A DNA stretch of 52,812 bases, the filler included, from Basidioascus undulatus (Eukaryota): assembly GCA_000826855.1 (NCBI GenBank). It is 4 parts of 4 records of this genome, joined end to end, with 100 filler letters (N's around TTAATTAATTAA, not from the genome) between each part and the next. Parts side by side here need not be neighbours in the genome. Positions count along the whole stretch, not along the records: positions 39,690 to 52,812 come from JTLS01000841.1; 3 more parts are not named here. One strand, given 5' to 3'. Shown in pieces: positions 49,037-52,812 of this stretch. The notes under the pieces were generated by a model. It was not told the origin of the DNA and ran no database searches. It saw nothing but the letters and a program-made list of their open reading frames with translations. The translations under genes were made by a program, and so were the position numbers. The first letter of the stretch is position 1. Each line of letters starts with the position of its first letter.

Positions 49037-50849
49037 TCAGTCCTTCTTCGCGTCTTCCTTCGCCTTGTCCGCAACGCCCTTGGCCTCCTCGAGCTTCTTC
49101 TGCAGGACCTTCTTGAACTCTGTGGGTGTCGGGCTTCAAGTGAGCAGCAGGCTCATTGAGACAGGAGCGCCCGGGAAAGGGGTAGAAAGTGGGCAGAAGA
49201 CCAGCACTCACCCTCAGCGGTGGACTCGAGAACCTTCTGCGCCTCCGGCCCGCGCGCCTGCGCGATCTGCTTGAGGTCTTTGAGGTCCGGAAGGTCGGTG
49301 AAGACCTACGTCCATCCGCCTCATCGAATCAGCCACCGCCTCTCCCAATATCCAAAGTCTCGGTGACAAAAAACGCGAACGCACCTTGTCTAGACCCGGG
49401 ATGGACTTGATGGCGTCCTCGAGGCCCGAGCCGCTGGCGGCACCGGCGGCCTTGTCCTTGAGGGACTGCAGGTCGCCCACCTTGTCCTTCACGATCTTCT
49501 CCGCCTCCGCCTTGACCTCGTCCGCGCCCTTCCCGCTCTTCGCGAGCTCCTCGAGCTTGCCGTACAGCTCCTTCACAATCTATCTCCCCAAGCGTCCTTA
49601 AATCAGGACAGCCGGTATGAGGGAAGAGGGAGGAAACAGAACGCACCCGCACACGGTCCTCGCCCACCACGCCTTTCAGAGAGTCCACGTTCTTCTCAAT
49701 TGTCTCGCGCACGTCGGGGAGCTTGTTGAGCAGCGGCTGCGCACCCCGGGCGGCGGCGGACCACGCGTCCGAGCTCGACTTGGATGCCAGCTCGTAGATC
49801 TCGCGCGTCCTCTGCTGGACGAGGTCGGAGCTGCAGAGAGTGAACCAGGTGAGCGAGGGAACGGTATGGCCACCAGGGTTTAGGAGAGGATGTGAAATAC
49901 GCCTTGCGGAGGGTGTCACCGTTGAGTCCCTGGTTGACGAGGTCCTTGAGCTGCTTTTGCGTGTCCTCGGCGATCTTGCGGGCGTCGGGGCCGCTGTGGA
50001 ATTATCAAGTCAGTGCCTCTATCCCCCCCCCTGGAACTGACCAAGTAGTTGAGAAGGAAGGAAGCACGCACTACTTGTCAGCCAGCTTCTGGAGCTCGTC
50101 CGCGCCACCGCCCAGGGCCTTCTTCAACTCCGGCTGCTTGTCCAGCAGCGGCTTGAACAAGCTCCCGCCGACATCCCCCCCGAGCTTCTGGATCTCGCCC
50201 ATGCCCTTCTGGATCGCGCCGAGGACGCGGTCGCCCGTCTCCTTCGCGTCGCCGTGCTCGACCGCGTCGCGCACGTCCGCGTACGTCTGCTTAATGATCA
50301 CCGCCACGCGCTCGCCGTGCTCGTCCGCGATCGCCTCGAGCTGGTCAAACGTCTTGTCCAGCGCGGGGCCTGCACCGGGGATGGCGGTTGCGTAGGAGTG
50401 CGCCGCGGAGCGGAGCAGGCCGAGCGCGGCGCGCGGGGATGGACTCGCCTGAGCCACGCGCTCCTTCGCCTTCTCGGCGGTGTTGAGCGTGTCCCGCGCC
50501 GTAGAGACCACCTTGGAGGTGCCGCTCAGGTAGTACCATGCGTAGCTGATGGGGGACTCATAAATCAGAAGCGGTCTACGGGGGAGGTGTGGGAAGGAGG
50601 AACGCACCCGCCGACAAGAACAAGACCGCCTCCCGCCAGACCGGCGACGAGATGGCTGTTGCCCGACTCGGAGCTCTCGGCAGAAGAGGAGGACTGGAGA
50701 GACCACGTGAGATTAAATTCGCTTGTTCACCGCCGTTAATGACTCACCGACTGGAAACGAGCGCGACCTGCGGAGCGAAGGGCGGGACCACCGGTGCGAG
50801 TGCGTGCAGCGGCGCGGGCTCCGGGCAGTACGGAGCGAGAGGCAGACAT
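49037..50849 (-). CDS. Mitochondrial-type single-TM protein with Lys/Glu/Ala-rich helical (apolipophorin/LEA-like) domain
   Basis: Arg-rich presequence MSASRSVLPGARAAAR...RARFQS, TM segment LVAGLAGGGLVLVGGYAWYYLSG, then YATAIPGAGPALDKTFDQLE and helical repeats over several GT-AG introns. TGA at 49037. Confidence 0.75.
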
Positions 50850-52193
50850 TTGGAGGGGGCTGATAGTAAGGAGAGTGGTGATAGGTTTGTTAAGTGATTG
50901 TGAATGCAGAGATTGGAAAGCGGTTGTTGAGAGGGAGGGAGGAGCAAGTCAAGAGCGGGCGGGAAGGGCAAGAGAAGACGCTCTGGATCTCCCCAAATTA
51001 CGTCATTTTGGGAGTAGCGATTTGCAACGAGGTGTGGCGTCTACGGTCTGGCTATCCCCCTTTTGCGGAGCATTTACACTTTGTCGGAGCACATCGGTGA
51101 CGAGGTCGGCCGTCATGGAATGCCATGCAAGGAAAGGGAGTGGGAAGTTTCGATGAGGCGAAGAAAGCCGCCGCGGTGCGTGTGCAAGTCTTGAATTGTT
51201 GCGGCTGGCAAGCTGCTCTCCGTGGCCCTCTTACAATGTACTCAAAACGGATACTGCAAACCGAATCAGGTGCTCATGATGAACCAAACATGCCGAGCCA
51301 TCGACCCTGGAAGAAGCGACTGTCTCGAGGCAGTGTTCTCCTGGGGCCCTTGTGGATTCCGTCCCTACGGCACGGCTACTAGGCGGTAGAGATTTGGCAT
51401 TGCATCGCTTGGGAGGACTCCAACACCTTCCAATGCATTATGCATGGCAGAAATCAAGGGAATCGTGGTAGGCTGTGAGGCGCCTTGTCGTACAGTCGTC
51501 CGGACCGTGGCGGTCTTTCGCAAGCTCGCGCTGCGAGCGGCACGCAACAGGCTCAAAGCAGGTCAATCTCGGGAAAGAAAAGGAGGACCTTATGAAATTA
51601 AGCAAAAGGTTAGGTCATCTCAAATTTATGCATATTCATACACAAGCGACGGTCGGAGGTTGCATCTGATGCATGATTCTGGAGCCCGAACGGTACCTTC
51701 TGGCGCTGTCTGTTCCAACTCCTTTGGACCTCTGTTAATAGAGACTTTGATGTCGAGTTAAATTTTCGAGCTGCCCTACTAAATTATCCTGGATAAGGAA
51801 GAGTACTGCCTGTCGGTCAAGTTGTGCATTCATCAATTCTTGAACTCTGGCTGTGCTGACCAGCGGTCCCGACGAGCAGCGTGCTCGTCCCTCGATTGCT
51901 CTGGCCTGCCGACGGTCAGCTTATTCTTAAACTCCTCCCAGAAGTAATTCGCCTGGGCTTCGCATGCGAGTTTGGTGAGGAACCAGTCAGCTCCTCCAGG
52001 CGACTGTCGCGAAAGTCATTTCCGCGTCCGGCGAATGCTCCTAGACGCGTCTTCGCCGCGCGTGCGACGCGTCTTTCGACCTGCCTGCCACCTTCTTTCC
52101 AGCTCCCACCGTAAACGTTCCCTTACCCACCGACATCCTATATCTGTTCATTCGAATCTTATCGACATCTCAATCACATCGTCTTCACCTACC

Positions 52194-52812
52194 ATGGCGC
52201 CTGCCCCGCTCTCCTCGCCTGCGCGGCCTACCGCAGCGCCGGCGGCGTCCACGAGCGCGCTGGGCTCGCCCATCGCCGAGCGCTCGGACGAGGACCCGCT
52301 GCTGGCAGTGCCGGCGGAGGAGCAGCCGCCGCCGGAGAAGCGCGCGAGCCTGTACGTCCAGATCGCGGAGGAGAGCATCCAGACCGTGCTCGAGAAGGAG
52401 AGGTACCTCTTCTCCGAGAGCGAGCTGGGCATCCTGAAGCGGTTCACTGACCTCCCTGGTGCGTAGTCCCTCTCACGTCTGGGTGGGCACGTAGAGACGG
52501 CTGAAGGGTTCGGGGTGCATCGCTCTCAGACGAGGCCAAGTACATCTTCACGCGCCTGACCTCCCGCAAGCCCTCGAAATGGCACCGCCTCTCCGCGCTC
52601 GTCGAGTCGTACTCGTCCGAATTCGCCGACGTCCCAGGCGCATGCGATGTCCTGACGCGCGCGTCGCTCGGTGCATTACCGACGCCTCCGCCCGAGGCCG
52701 ACGGCGACCCGGAGGTCGCGCAGGCGATCGCGGCGAGCTTGGAGGACGTGCGGCGCGCGGGCGGCGGGTGGGAGGGCGTCGAGCTTGCGCAGACGAGTGC
52801 GTGGCTAAGGGG
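52194..52812 (+). CDS. FAN1: Fanconi-associated nuclease 1 homologue, 5' part
   Basis: SLYVQIAEESIQTVLEKERYLFSESEL..F.DLP|DEAKYIFTRLTSRKPSKWHRLSAL resembles the N-terminal region of fungal FAN1. Intron ends at 52529. The VRR-NUC domain is outside the window. Confidence 0.75.

Noticed and set aside
1..52812. The many long antisense or alternative-frame ORFs in the ORF track, and tRNA or rRNA genes
   Set aside because: Shadow ORFs are expected from high GC3 and overlap better-supported spliced genes. I saw no convincing tRNA cloverleaf or rRNA sequence by eye; tRNAscan-SE or Infernal would be decisive.

Overview
Intron-rich, GC-rich fungal DNA, almost certainly a basidiomycete. Pucciniomycotina-like splice usage (GTGCGT/GTTCGT/GTGAGT donors, CTRAC branch points) is my inference. 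The window is not one locus. It is four contigs (1-13136, 13237-26363, 26464-39589, 39690-52812; lengths 13136, 13127, 13126, 13123 bp) joined by an artificial N44-TTAATTAATTAA-N44 spacer, apparently in descending size order, so neighbourhood across spacers is meaningless. Manual splicing recovers these apparently intact or contig-truncated genes: Rheb (3' part), a sugar-porter MFS transporter, a stand-alone Bbc1/Aim3-type cysteine-proteinase-fold protein, a secreted KDDRK-repeat protein, Bsd2 (3' part), a Methyltransf_22 protein, an orphan mitochondrial-type protein, PP4 regulatory subunit R2, a GH35 beta-galactosidase, a Rac/Rho5-like GTPase (5' part), an FMN alpha-hydroxy-acid oxidase, an NAD-dependent epimerase, a secreted RlpA/DPBB expansin-like protein, a helical mitochondrial protein and FAN1 (5' part). 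Several recognisable genes carry lesions: Con-6, an RBR E3 ligase, an MDR reductase, an Sso-type syntaxin and an F-box gene. I found no RNA genes, CRISPR arrays or clearly intact transposons, and no multi-gene novel system that I can support. The best leads are single-gene oddities: a Cys-to-Ser Bbc1-type domain, a UIM-like motif in FAN1, the charged-repeat secreted protein, a self-rescuing frameshift in Con-6, and the high pseudogene density. All family assignments come from motif recognition by eye, not database searches.
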